NCBI GenBank assembly: GCA_038064675.1
Contig: JBBTSM010000006.1
Span: forward strand, 7,776-71,775
Source of the DNA: Patescibacteria group bacterium
GTDB lineage: Bacteria; Patescibacteriota; Patescibacteriia; UBA9934
Reading direction: 5' to 3'
DNA length: 64,000 nt
Part shown: one piece after another, positions 35,968-45,328 of the stretch
Position numbering within the stretch: the first letter of the stretch is position 1
Layout: each line of letters starts with the position of its first letter
Made by a program: the position numbers and the translations under genes
The notes under the pieces: model-generated
What the model was told of the DNA's origin: nothing
The model's input: only the letters and a program-made list of their open reading frames with translations
The model's database searches: none

Positions 35968-37116
35968 ATGAAGATTGCTATCGATATTCGATCATTAACG
36001 GCGCCCCATAAAACTGGAGTGGGTATTGTCACTGAATCGCTCGTTCGAACATTGGCCGCGCAAGCACCGAATGACACATTTTTTCTCTTCGCGACAGGAA
36101 CAGAAGACACACTCATGAATCTTCCAATATTTCGCGAACACAATATTGTTCTTTCGCCGGTAACAATCCCAAACAAGATCGCGAGTATGCTCTGGGCATT
36201 GCCATTTGGGCCGACGATGGAACGGTTCCTCCCCGAAGTTCCAGATGCCTGGCTCTTTCCAAACGCACATCTTTTAAAGACAAAGCTCCCCTACGCGGTC
36301 ATTTTTCACGATGCTGCGCTCCGTACTGTTCCAAACTTCTTTACGTTCAAAGATCATCTGCGAGCTCGGATCACGAACGAAGACCGTGTATTCCAAAATG
36401 CACAACAGGTTATTGCCGTCTCTCAACACAGCAAGAAAGATGCCGCAGAGTATTACCGTGTTCCTCTCGATCGTGTTACCGTCGCAGACCTTGGCGTTGA
36501 TCACGACGTCTATAGTTCGCGTGAACAATCATCAGATCGATCGTATCGCGCCGCATACGATCTGAATCGACCGTACCTTCTCGCGCTCGCTACGCGCGAA
36601 CCACGAAAGAACATCGATAGCGTTATTACGGCATACACCGTGTTCCGTCAGCAAGGCGGGCAAGCGATTCCCTTGGTGCTCGCAGGTGCAAAAGGATGGA
36701 AAACGCGTCACATCGATGCCGCACTTACTACATCAATGTATCGCAACGATATCCGCGAAGTCGCGTATGTTCCAGAAAAGCACAAAGCCGCGGTGATTCG
36801 CGGTGCAAAAGCACTCCTCTTCCCATCGTTCTACGAAGGGTTCGGTCTTCCGGTTCTTGAAGCGATGGCCTGTGGAACCCCAGTCATCACCAGCATCACA
36901 TCTTCCCTTCCCGATGTTGCCGGCAACGCCGCACTCTTCGTCGATCCTCTCAATATTACCGACATCGTCCAGGCGCTCCACCAACTTCTCGACGAACCGC
37001 ATGGTCCAAAGCTTCAAGAAATTCTCAAAACGCGCGGTATTGAACGCGCGCAACGGTTTTCCTGGAAAAAAACCAGCGAGACCGTTCTAAAGGTACTTCA
37101 CGAAATTTCTTCATAA
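35968..37116 (+). CDS. GT4-family glycosyltransferase
   Basis: FYEGFGLPVLEAMACGTPVITSITSSLPDVAG is the GT4 donor-binding motif. Confidence 0.8.
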   Translation: MKIAIDIRSLTAPHKTGVGIVTESLVRTLAAQAPNDTFFLFATGTEDTLMNLPIFREHNIVLSPVTIPNKIASMLWALPFGPTMERFLPEVPDAWLFPNAHLLKTKLPYAVIFHDAALRTVPNFFTFKDHLRARITNEDRVFQNAQQVIAVSQHSKKDAAEYYRVPLDRVTVADLGVDHDVYSSREQSSDRSYRAAYDLNRPYLLALATREPRKNIDSVITAYTVFRQQGGQAIPLVLAGAKGWKTRHIDAALTTSMYRNDIREVAYVPEKHKAAVIRGAKALLFPSFYEGFGLPVLEAMACGTPVITSITSSLPDVAGNAALFVDPLNITDIVQALHQLLDEPHGPKLQEILKTRGIERAQRFSWKKTSETVLKVLHEISS

Positions 37117-37118
37117 AT

Positions 37119-38501
37119 TTGTTACAATACACACATATACTTACGCCTGGAGAAACGTGGCCAAATAATTTACCAAAAAAGGAAAATACCTCTGAAAGAA
37201 TTGAAAAATACGAATACCGAAATGCCACAGATGAAAAAATTTGCGATGTTGAAGCCACGATAGAGTTTGTTGAAAATGAGGAAGAACAAAAAACGATTTT
37301 ACGCAGTCTCTTTCTCGTTTCTATGTTAGGGGAGCGTATTGATTTTCTGAAATTCATGGAACTTCCAAAAACTTACCGCATCGTAATTGACGAACACGGA
37401 GACCCCGCCTGTGATCACAAGGAATCTACGATTGTTATACAGGGACTCAGCACACCTCTTCAACTCGCAACGCTCGCACATGAAATTGGGCATAGTTTAC
37501 AGCATTTTGAAAAGAATTTCTCCGATCTTGGGTACGGAATGGGTATAAAATTTTCTCCAAAGGATATCGCAAGCGCGAATGAGATTGCAAAACTCAATAC
37601 TCTCACAAATTTCAAACTTGATCATGCCCTTGTTCAGAAACTCGTCACAATGAAAGGAGATCTCGATAGCTGTCTTCATCGGCAAGATGAAGCCCATCAA
37701 ATCTGGGGGAAGCAATTGGAAATATTCAGAGCATTATATCGAATATACTTCACGGAATCTTTATCACTGATACGCGCATCCATAGATGAAGAGGATTTTG
37801 AAGGCATGCTCAGAGATCGCGGAATCCAAATGAGCGACTGGATTGAAGAATTCAAAAAAATACCAAAAGAAGAAATCAAACATTATATTGATAACTTTAT
37901 TCAAGGCACAGAAGGCTACACAACTTTAGGAGTCGATATCACACCGGAGGAGCTCATTGTTTTGCTCAAGATTCCTGCACACGACAAAAAAACGAAAGAT
38001 CGAGAGATATTTCTTCCATTTCATTTAAAAGGCGACGAGAGTCCCCTCTCGGAAAAAATGCAGGAAAGCGTCTTAGCGTATCGTCAAGCTTTTACAAAGA
38101 GCGCACTCGAACGTGCAACAGAAGCGGAAATACGAGAGGAGTATGAGCGCACCGTCGCTCCACACACGAAAACTATCAGCGCTCTGCTTCGGTCGACAAC
38201 AATTATCCTTGAGCAAGACGCCACAAAACGAGCCATCATCACATTGAAAAAGCTTCAAGAACTCGGAATAGATTTATTACAACCTCTAAAAGTTCTTCCT
38301 GTTGATAAGGAAAAAATCGAAAAAAGGAATCTCGAACTTTCACTTCAACTAGGCGAAGGTAGGGTCTTCAATTCGGGCATGGAATATGCCATTCGGAATC
38401 TCAATAGTTGTTTAGTTACATATTCTGCCGATCGTGAGTCAATACGAAGAGACTACCACCGCCCTCTAAAACTGAAAGCAAAGAAACCAAAGAAATCCTA
38501 G
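37119..38501 (+). CDS. HExxH-motif protein (ImmA/IrrE-like zinc-peptidase motif ATLAHEIGHSLQH) with a large charged C-terminal region; AT-rich foreign-looking gene; TTG start as listed, first in-frame ATG at about 37323
   Basis: 460-aa ORF. Strikingly low GC with K/E/I-rich codon usage, unlike the flanking GT genes. The HEIGH motif is embedded like ImmA/IrrE (COG2856) metalloproteases. Confidence 0.45.
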   Translation: MLQYTHILTPGETWPNNLPKKENTSERIEKYEYRNATDEKICDVEATIEFVENEEEQKTILRSLFLVSMLGERIDFLKFMELPKTYRIVIDEHGDPACDHKESTIVIQGLSTPLQLATLAHEIGHSLQHFEKNFSDLGYGMGIKFSPKDIASANEIAKLNTLTNFKLDHALVQKLVTMKGDLDSCLHRQDEAHQIWGKQLEIFRALYRIYFTESLSLIRASIDEEDFEGMLRDRGIQMSDWIEEFKKIPKEEIKHYIDNFIQGTEGYTTLGVDITPEELIVLLKIPAHDKKTKDREIFLPFHLKGDESPLSEKMQESVLAYRQAFTKSALERATEAEIREEYERTVAPHTKTISALLRSTTIILEQDATKRAIITLKKLQELGIDLLQPLKVLPVDKEKIEKRNLELSLQLGEGRVFNSGMEYAIRNLNSCLVTYSADRESIRRDYHRPLKLKAKKPKKS

Positions 38502-38608
38502 AACTACGAATTCTATCGTTCGCGCGCAACGCTTCTCTTGGTGAATGGAATAGCAGAGGACGAAAGCGCGCATCATCGGCGGCTCGGCATACGTGTTTTC
38601 CCAATCTG

Positions 38609-38692
38609 CGAGTGTAAAGACCTCTTTACACTTTTCCGATCAAAATGCCCAACGAAAGTGGAGAAATGTGTGTAAAGAGGTCTTTACACTCG
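38609..38692. repeat. perfect 23-nt inverted repeat pair (cgagtgtaaagacctctttacac / gtgtaaagaggtctttacactcg) separated by 37 nt
   Basis: Seen directly. Lies in the convergent intergenic region between the AT-rich HExxH gene and the DUF11-like gene. Each arm is itself nearly palindromic. Confidence 0.6.
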
Positions 38693-38784
38693 CAAAAGTC
38701 AAAAACCCATACCCCAAACCAAAAAATCACGCGCGCCATCTCATCCGTCCTTCCCCGCCCCATCCAAGATCAGATCACTTGCAT

Positions 38785-40701
38785 TTATATCGACGCCTTC
38801 ACCGTTCCCTTCCCCGTTGTCAGCACATCGCCTTCACATTCGGTGGTCACGGCATCAGCTGATCGTTCGAGTACCGATCCTGTCATGTCGTCCTTGGCAT
38901 TCAAAACTGTTTTGCCGACCAATGTTTTTGCTAAACCAACATCGGCGGCAGTTGGCGTGATCGATACGCTGAATCGAGCAGTAACAGCCGCGGATCCTGC
39001 TGGAATACTCGACATGGTCCAACGAACGATTCGTGTTCCGACGTCGTACAACATCGATCCGCTCGTTGCTGTCGAAAAATCGTCCCACGTCACCCCTTCT
39101 GGAAGCGTTGCAGAAACCGTGATGGCATCCAAGCCATGCAAACCACTCGCAATCGTCCACGTCGCCCGATAATGCGTTGTACTCCCCGCCATTGGTGGCA
39201 GCGGACCGCTCCCGAGTGGTGCACCGTCGTCATCAAAGTATCGCAATGTACTGAGGATTGCGGCATCGGAATTGAGCTGTACTGTTAGTGGAGCAGACTG
39301 AACCGTTATCGCTCCTCGTGTGGCGCTAAAGGCAACGGAAAACGCGCTGCTCACCGCGGAAAGATCGAGCTTCATCGGAAACGCAAGGTCGAGCGTTTTG
39401 TGGCTGCCGGCCGCAACGGTACCGATCGTTTTCGCGTCGAATGTGATACCCTTAGCAGTCACCTTTCCGCCAGCAAGCACCGCAGTGCCCCAATCAATCG
39501 GCAAGTTGTCTTCCGCGGTAAAGTCGAGCAACGCTGTTGCATCGGCAATCGCTGTATCACTGGTGTTATCAATACGAAGCGCAATGCGGAATAACGATCC
39601 TGGATCTGCAACTACCGTTCCTTGTGATCCATTTCCAACCATGAGAAGCGACAACGCGCTTCCCTTCACATCGGTCAGCGCCGTTGTTGTAGTCTGCGGA
39701 GAAAATCGCGTGCCAGCAATGCCGCTCACCACAGTGAGCGTTTGCGTGCCCGATGCGTCAGATGCAAAGGCTCCGGTCACAACAATTGTGGATTCTGAAG
39801 GAATCGGGGCAACAGGCACAGCAGAAGCAACGGGCGATCCGTCGGTTGCAACGGAATCGGCGGCCGGTGCAGCCGGCGGAATGTCTGGCAATGTATAGGT
39901 TGGCGCTCCGCCGGCAGCCAATGGCGGCACACTCGTTTGCACAAAGAATCCCTTTGGTAACGTGAGCTTTACTTGTGGAGCAACAATCGTTTCTGTCCCC
40001 GCATTCTGTACATGGACGGTATACGTAACGGTTTCGCCAACATTTACTGTTTCTGGCGCGTCGATGGCGACAATCGTGGTGCTCGTATTCGTTGCGATTG
40101 TTTTCGTGACGATATCGTGGAACTGCGCATTAAAGTTTGCCGGCTGATACGACGCGAGCGCCTGAATACCAGTGGTACTTGGAACATCGGCATTCCAAAT
40201 ACCTTCGATGAGAATCTTTCCATCGCTCTTCCCAGAAATCGTTCCTAAATCAAACACCATGTCCGCAGCACTCGTCACCGCTGGCGTTGACGACTTCATA
40301 ACAAATCCCGCCGGCAAGTTCATATCAATCTCCACGTTCGTCAGCGGATACGATGTCTGATTCGCGTAGTCGAATTCGATTGTCGCATCAGCACCACTCC
40401 GCATATCATCCGAAGCAACAAACGCCATCGCCAAAGGCTTTCCTTGCTGTTCTGGACCAAAATAGCGCGAGTACACCACGTATCCGCCGAGCGTCAGCAC
40501 ACAAATCACCGTTAACGCCACAATCGCCCGAAGCAAAAATCGTGTGAGTCGAGACCCGCCCTTTGTTACCACCTTCAAGTCGTCGCGCTCGTCGCCGTAA
40601 ATCGCCGAAAGGCCAGCGCTGATGTCCGCCTCCATTTGTTGCGCAGAATCCTTTGGACTCCGAGCGTCCGCGCGATGCGAATGGCGACGTTTAGTGAGCA
40701 T
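38785..40701 (-). CDS. cell-surface protein with N-terminal TM anchor and DUF11-like (conserved repeat domain) beta-sandwich repeats
   Basis: 638 aa with TM LLRAIVALTVICVLTLGGYVVY. Repeats such as VTYTVHVQNAGTETIVAPQVKLTLPKGF; Thr/Ser/Ala/Gly-rich throughout. Confidence 0.45.
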   Translation of the reverse strand: MLTKRRHSHRADARSPKDSAQQMEADISAGLSAIYGDERDDLKVVTKGGSRLTRFLLRAIVALTVICVLTLGGYVVYSRYFGPEQQGKPLAMAFVASDDMRSGADATIEFDYANQTSYPLTNVEIDMNLPAGFVMKSSTPAVTSAADMVFDLGTISGKSDGKILIEGIWNADVPSTTGIQALASYQPANFNAQFHDIVTKTIATNTSTTIVAIDAPETVNVGETVTYTVHVQNAGTETIVAPQVKLTLPKGFFVQTSVPPLAAGGAPTYTLPDIPPAAPAADSVATDGSPVASAVPVAPIPSESTIVVTGAFASDASGTQTLTVVSGIAGTRFSPQTTTTALTDVKGSALSLLMVGNGSQGTVVADPGSLFRIALRIDNTSDTAIADATALLDFTAEDNLPIDWGTAVLAGGKVTAKGITFDAKTIGTVAAGSHKTLDLAFPMKLDLSAVSSAFSVAFSATRGAITVQSAPLTVQLNSDAAILSTLRYFDDDGAPLGSGPLPPMAGSTTHYRATWTIASGLHGLDAITVSATLPEGVTWDDFSTATSGSMLYDVGTRIVRWTMSSIPAGSAAVTARFSVSITPTAADVGLAKTLVGKTVLNAKDDMTGSVLERSADAVTTECEGDVLTTGKGTVKASI

Positions 40702-40704
40702 AGA

Positions 40705-43314
40705 TTACCGATTCAAAATCCAACCAGAGAACACATCGCGTGTGTTATCGAATACGGCAGTATCTGCGTCTTCTCCGGCAACGTTCGTCCAATACGTCTT
40801 AAACGTAGACGGATAATTGATATGCACCGTTGTTGCACGCGACACCACACCAGACTGCTTTTGCGCGAGCATGGAGTAGCCGTCGTGATTGTCGAATCCG
40901 AGCTGCCTGCGTGCACGAGCAAGGAACGACGTGTCCGAATCTTCGGAGAACAGCACTTGAGGGATGCGATAAGACACGTGAACAACCTGTGTCTCTCCCG
41001 GCGCAGTCTGCACCCAGCCGCCAAATACTGTTTTGCCAAACTCATTCCAAATATCCATGCCAGAAATCGCGTCACGCGTTTGGTTGCTCATCACAATCGA
41101 AAGATCGTCGTCCACACTCAATGGAATATCCGACAGCTCAAACAGATTCTGCGCCGGTGGCTCAAAACCGTCGGCAGAGAGTAATACGCTGCCTTCTGGC
41201 ACATAGAACCGCACATAATCCACGTTATTCTTTCCATTGAATAACGCATTCGCCATGCCGTGATGCGTCTTGGTGAGTGTAAGGTCGTCCACAATAGTGC
41301 CGGACTCGGAAATATTCACTTCAACATTCACCGCCTGGTCAATGACCGCATCCGTCTTACCACCACCGATATTTGTGTCCACAACCATCAAGTAATCACC
41401 CGCCGTCTGTTCAACGTTTCCGGTAAAGCCCAAGTCCTGCATCGCCTTCTGTGCATCGTTATCGCGGAAATACACCTGAATATCACGTTCAATAAGCCCC
41501 TGTTCAAGGAGCATCACAATCTTCACCAGCGTCTTCGCGTCGGCTGCTTTAATCTTCTCAATAAGTTTTGGTGCCATGTCGCCCAAAATCGCCTTTGGTG
41601 TGTTTTGTGATTTGTCTGCATCAATCTCGACAGCCTTCTCTGTCGCAAACAGGAAGTTCTCAGAATCGATCGTAAGGCCGTATTCTGACATTTCAATTGG
41701 CCCAACAATGTCCAGAAGTTTTTCAATGAACGTTGCGTTTACAGAAACCACACCGTCGGTGGTTGGTCCACCCGCATGCTCATAAAACCACTGCATCTTT
41801 TTTGCCGACGTTGGAAAATCTGGGAACCAGTTTCCGTCCTGAAACTCCCAACGAGGATTGATGAGCGATAACGGCTGTGGCGCGGCAACGAACGTATCGA
41901 GCTGCCCCTGCACGTCGTATGTGCCACCACCAGGGAGTCGCATGTTCGCGATAGCGCCATTATCCATGTCCACCTCCGCAAAGCTCCCCACAAAACCACC
42001 GGTCGGCCGAAGCTCTGTATTGTTTTGGAACAATGCGAGGTATCGCATTTTGCTCTCGCCGCCAAGGAGGAACGTCAGCGTATGCACAAATTTCAAGAAT
42101 TCCTGCATCGATGCCGCGATGGCTGGAGTTTCGGACTGCAGTTTTACAATCTTGTCTGTGTACTGCGCCGGAACAACGCTCGAATCAACCTTCGCGAGCG
42201 CCGCCTGAGCTGCCAACGCGTGAGGAAGCGCGTTTTCAATATACGCACCGAAAAGATTGAGCTTCGTGACGATGTCCGTCGATGATTGCGACGAAACACC
42301 GCTCCCCGCCTGCGTCATAATGGACGCAGTTTGCGACAACTCCTGACCAGCGGTCACCAAACCGCGCACCGATTCATACGTTCGATCTGTTTGCGGAATA
42401 ACGTTCACGATCGCCACAACACCAGCATGCAAATCGTTCAACGAATCTTGCGCGTCTGCAAATTTCGCTGCTGCTGCGGAGAAATCGGTCTGTGCTGCAC
42501 CAAAATCACGAACACTCAACGCAGACGTTGCGCGAGAAACGTCATCCAAGGCAGCAATGCCGATATTTTGTACCGTACCAACCTGATGTGCAGTGCCCGA
42601 AAGCGTTTGCATGGCGTGGAGTGGCAATACGACGACAAACGATAACATCACGAACGCTGCAAGAGCACGAACCGGCGCATGCTGTAAAAAGCCCCATTCA
42701 AACCGCAACACCTTCCGCATGGTAGACGACGGAGCACGATAGACTGGTGGCATTTCACGAAGAACAATCGGCGATGCAACAACCCATGGCGATAATGGTG
42801 TGCTAGAGGTAAATTGCTCTTCAGCGATCGATTCCAGAGACTGTTCCTCGATAACTTTCGTCATCGGCACCAATGCTTCGAGCGATACTGGCGCCTCGAT
42901 AAATGCGGCAAGCGCGTCGTCCAGCGAGATACTCGGCGCAGTCGATTTCGGAGAAATATATTTCGGTCGTGGTGCCTCTGTGCGTGGCATTACGGTATCG
43001 AATTCGCGAAGCTGACCGGAAATATCCGCGAAGTCAATCCCGAGATCTTCGTGTTCTGTAGTCGATTCCAGCGGAATCTGCTCATCGTCACCATCGATGA
43101 TGAGACTTTTTGCGAGCGCCTCAATCTCTTCAGCGACGCTCATCGGTGCACGCACAACGGCTTCATCGCGAGAAAGCTTCACAATATACGGCGACGGCTC
43201 CCCCGCACCCTGGTGGACGTGGAGTTTCTTCGCGTCGTCAGAACGGTGAATATCAGAAAACCGCTCAGGCAGAGCGTCATCGTACTGGTTCGTATTGTCG
43301 CGGCTCAGCTTCAC
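40705..43314 (-). CDS. large membrane-anchored extracytoplasmic protein, DUF4012-like
   Basis: 869 aa with one TM (LAAFVMLSFVVVLPLHAMQTL). Conserved-looking block LALFQNNTELRPTGGFVGSFAEVDMDNGAIANMRLPGGGTYD is recalled as DUF4012-like. Sits inside the glycosyltransferase cluster. Confidence 0.4.
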   Translation of the reverse strand: MKLSRDNTNQYDDALPERFSDIHRSDDAKKLHVHQGAGEPSPYIVKLSRDEAVVRAPMSVAEEIEALAKSLIIDGDDEQIPLESTTEHEDLGIDFADISGQLREFDTVMPRTEAPRPKYISPKSTAPSISLDDALAAFIEAPVSLEALVPMTKVIEEQSLESIAEEQFTSSTPLSPWVVASPIVLREMPPVYRAPSSTMRKVLRFEWGFLQHAPVRALAAFVMLSFVVVLPLHAMQTLSGTAHQVGTVQNIGIAALDDVSRATSALSVRDFGAAQTDFSAAAAKFADAQDSLNDLHAGVVAIVNVIPQTDRTYESVRGLVTAGQELSQTASIMTQAGSGVSSQSSTDIVTKLNLFGAYIENALPHALAAQAALAKVDSSVVPAQYTDKIVKLQSETPAIAASMQEFLKFVHTLTFLLGGESKMRYLALFQNNTELRPTGGFVGSFAEVDMDNGAIANMRLPGGGTYDVQGQLDTFVAAPQPLSLINPRWEFQDGNWFPDFPTSAKKMQWFYEHAGGPTTDGVVSVNATFIEKLLDIVGPIEMSEYGLTIDSENFLFATEKAVEIDADKSQNTPKAILGDMAPKLIEKIKAADAKTLVKIVMLLEQGLIERDIQVYFRDNDAQKAMQDLGFTGNVEQTAGDYLMVVDTNIGGGKTDAVIDQAVNVEVNISESGTIVDDLTLTKTHHGMANALFNGKNNVDYVRFYVPEGSVLLSADGFEPPAQNLFELSDIPLSVDDDLSIVMSNQTRDAISGMDIWNEFGKTVFGGWVQTAPGETQVVHVSYRIPQVLFSEDSDTSFLARARRQLGFDNHDGYSMLAQKQSGVVSRATTVHINYPSTFKTYWTNVAGEDADTAVFDNTRDVFSGWILNR

Positions 43315-44447
43315 AATCGTCGGTCTGCAAAATTTCGATAAATGTCACGCATCGCAAGCGCAGTTTTTTTCCACGAGAACTTCTCTGCTTGGCGAATGCC
43401 AGGAGCCTTCAAACTCTGCCATGCACTTGGCTGATGGACGGATTCAACCATCAATCGAGCAAGCGCGTCTTCGTCATCAGGATCGAAATACCGCACCGTA
43501 TCCCCCAGCACTTCCGGCAATGAAGATGTGTGGCTTGCTGCCACAGGAATTCCGAGCGCAAGCGCCTCAAGCGGCGGAATGCCGAAGCCCTCGATACGAG
43601 AGGCGATCACGAGTAATGCGGCGTCCTGGTACAACCGCGCAAGCACCGCGTCCGTTGGCGTATTGATGAAACGAATACGCGACGACGGAATGCCAATCTC
43701 CAGTGCAAATGCCTCCAGCTTTTCCACAAACATATCGCGCTTCCCCGCGAGCACAAGCATGGTTCGCTCGTCGGAAGCACACAGTTTGCGGAACGCGAGA
43801 AGTGTTGTCTCGAGATTTTTGTGCGGATACGCATTGCCAACAGACAGAATATACGGCTGTTGCACACCAAGTTCCGCGAGCGATGCCTTTTCCGCACCTA
43901 CCGGCGGGCGAACCCCGTTGTACACCACCGAAATCTTTCCCCCAGGCACTCGGAAGTGCTCAAGAATCGATCGCTTGGTGTATTCGGAAATAGCCACGAT
44001 ATGCTTGCTCCGGTGAATCGCCGCTTCAAGCGCAATGCGATAACCAATGCTCTTGATGCCGTGCAGAAATGCATTTCGTGTTGTGGCGCGCGACGACGCC
44101 GGATCCTCAAGGAGAATGAGGTCGTGAATCGTTACCACAAACGGCACGCGGGAAAATATCGGCACATTCCAATGCGGATAGTGCATGAGATTCACATGGG
44201 CCAACGCAATTTCACGTGGCATTTCGCGCTGCTCTGCAAACGAATACCACGGAACATCCACCATGCGTTTAGTGAAGTTTCCGTTGGTAATGGCGCACTC
44301 GTGAAAGTTTTCCTTGCGTAAAAAAAGCACGTACTCGTTTTCCTTGTCTCCCTCCTGCAATGCCGTCACCAATTCTGCGGTGTAACGGCCGAGGCCGCCG
44401 CCTCCAACACGCGGGCCGTAGAATCTTGCGTCAATTCCGATTCTCAT
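43311..44447 (-). CDS. GT4-family glycosyltransferase
   Basis: EGFGIPPLEALALGIPVAASHTSSLPEVLG motif. 4-nt overlap with the upstream DUF4012-like gene. Confidence 0.8.
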   Translation of the reverse strand: MRIGIDARFYGPRVGGGGLGRYTAELVTALQEGDKENEYVLFLRKENFHECAITNGNFTKRMVDVPWYSFAEQREMPREIALAHVNLMHYPHWNVPIFSRVPFVVTIHDLILLEDPASSRATTRNAFLHGIKSIGYRIALEAAIHRSKHIVAISEYTKRSILEHFRVPGGKISVVYNGVRPPVGAEKASLAELGVQQPYILSVGNAYPHKNLETTLLAFRKLCASDERTMLVLAGKRDMFVEKLEAFALEIGIPSSRIRFINTPTDAVLARLYQDAALLVIASRIEGFGIPPLEALALGIPVAASHTSSLPEVLGDTVRYFDPDDEDALARLMVESVHQPSAWQSLKAPGIRQAEKFSWKKTALAMRDIYRNFADRRL

Positions 44448-44471
44448 GACCCTATTTTATCACGTTGTGTG

Positions 44472-44512
44472 GACAAAATGTGTTCAACGTAATGCACAAA
44501 CTGTGTACAACG
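44472..44512. promoter_or_regulatory. two 18-nt direct repeats (GACAAAATGTGTTCAACG / CACAAACTGTGTACAACG) 25-65 nt upstream of the GT4 start codon; candidate operator
   Basis: Seen directly: 14/18 identity, 23-nt period. Confidence 0.3.
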
Positions 44513-44599
44513 ATGAGTTATCCACGGAACATTGGCGGACGAACATCATGAGCAGCCTGGATGACCCTCCCCGGCCACGCAAGCCGGGGTGTTCTCGCT

Positions 44600-45292
44600 T
44601 TAGAAGTAGTGAGTTGCTGACGGTATCTTTTGGCACAAATCATAAAAGTCACCCTGCATGGCAAATGCATAACCGTCCGACGGGAATCCACGACTTGGGA
44701 TTTGCAGCAGAATCCTCGTAGCATCTAGCCGCCACATTGTTATCAAGTCTTCGACAAAACCTAACAGACGAAAGCCTGTTTCTCCCCGCTGTTGAGCGCT
44801 AAGAATTCTATCAGCCACCTTCCCGAGACTCTCTTCCGTAACAAAGAAAAGCTGTTTTCTTAAGTACTCAAGAGTGCTAACCCGATCATCGAAGAGTGGG
44901 AGATCCGAGAGCGAAAGTTCCCGATCCGGAAGAGCAAGTCTTTGCAACATGGCCAATTTTTCTTTCATCAAATCTGAAGAGTCCTCATTTCTCCCCACCA
45001 AATACACCGCACAATCCGCAGACTTCTCACGCTCATTCCAAGATTCAATAGAAAAAACGTACACAAGCACCGCATTCTCCTCAAACGTGAGCCTCAGAAG
45101 CTCTCCGGCCCGAACATCCCCCACCTTTTTTAAATTACAGATACCGAAACCTCCCAAGCTAACGTATTCAGCAGGGCCGATAGGATAATCCTTAATACGT
45201 GAGGCCTCTGGCTTTTTCCTGAGCTCGAGCTCGAGTTCTACCACTTTCATTCCATTTTTCATATAAAAGATCTTAGCATATTGAACGCTCAA
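44600..45292 (-). CDS. hypothetical protein
   Basis: 230-aa ORF with no recognisable motif. A GC hairpin (ccccggc-cacgcaa-gccgggg, 44570-44590) lies just downstream. Confidence 0.35.
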   Translation of the reverse strand: MSVQYAKIFYMKNGMKVVELELELRKKPEASRIKDYPIGPAEYVSLGGFGICNLKKVGDVRAGELLRLTFEENAVLVYVFSIESWNEREKSADCAVYLVGRNEDSSDLMKEKLAMLQRLALPDRELSLSDLPLFDDRVSTLEYLRKQLFFVTEESLGKVADRILSAQQRGETGFRLLGFVEDLITMWRLDATRILLQIPSRGFPSDGYAFAMQGDFYDLCQKIPSATHYF

Positions 45293-45328
45293 AACTTAAG
45301 ATATATGCACAGCATACGCCCGTGATCT

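Noticed and set aside
44570-44590. GC hairpin ccccggc-cacgcaa-gccgggg as a strong terminator
   Set aside because: It has no convincing T-run on either strand. It is mentioned only as a possible weak terminator for the 44600-45292 gene.
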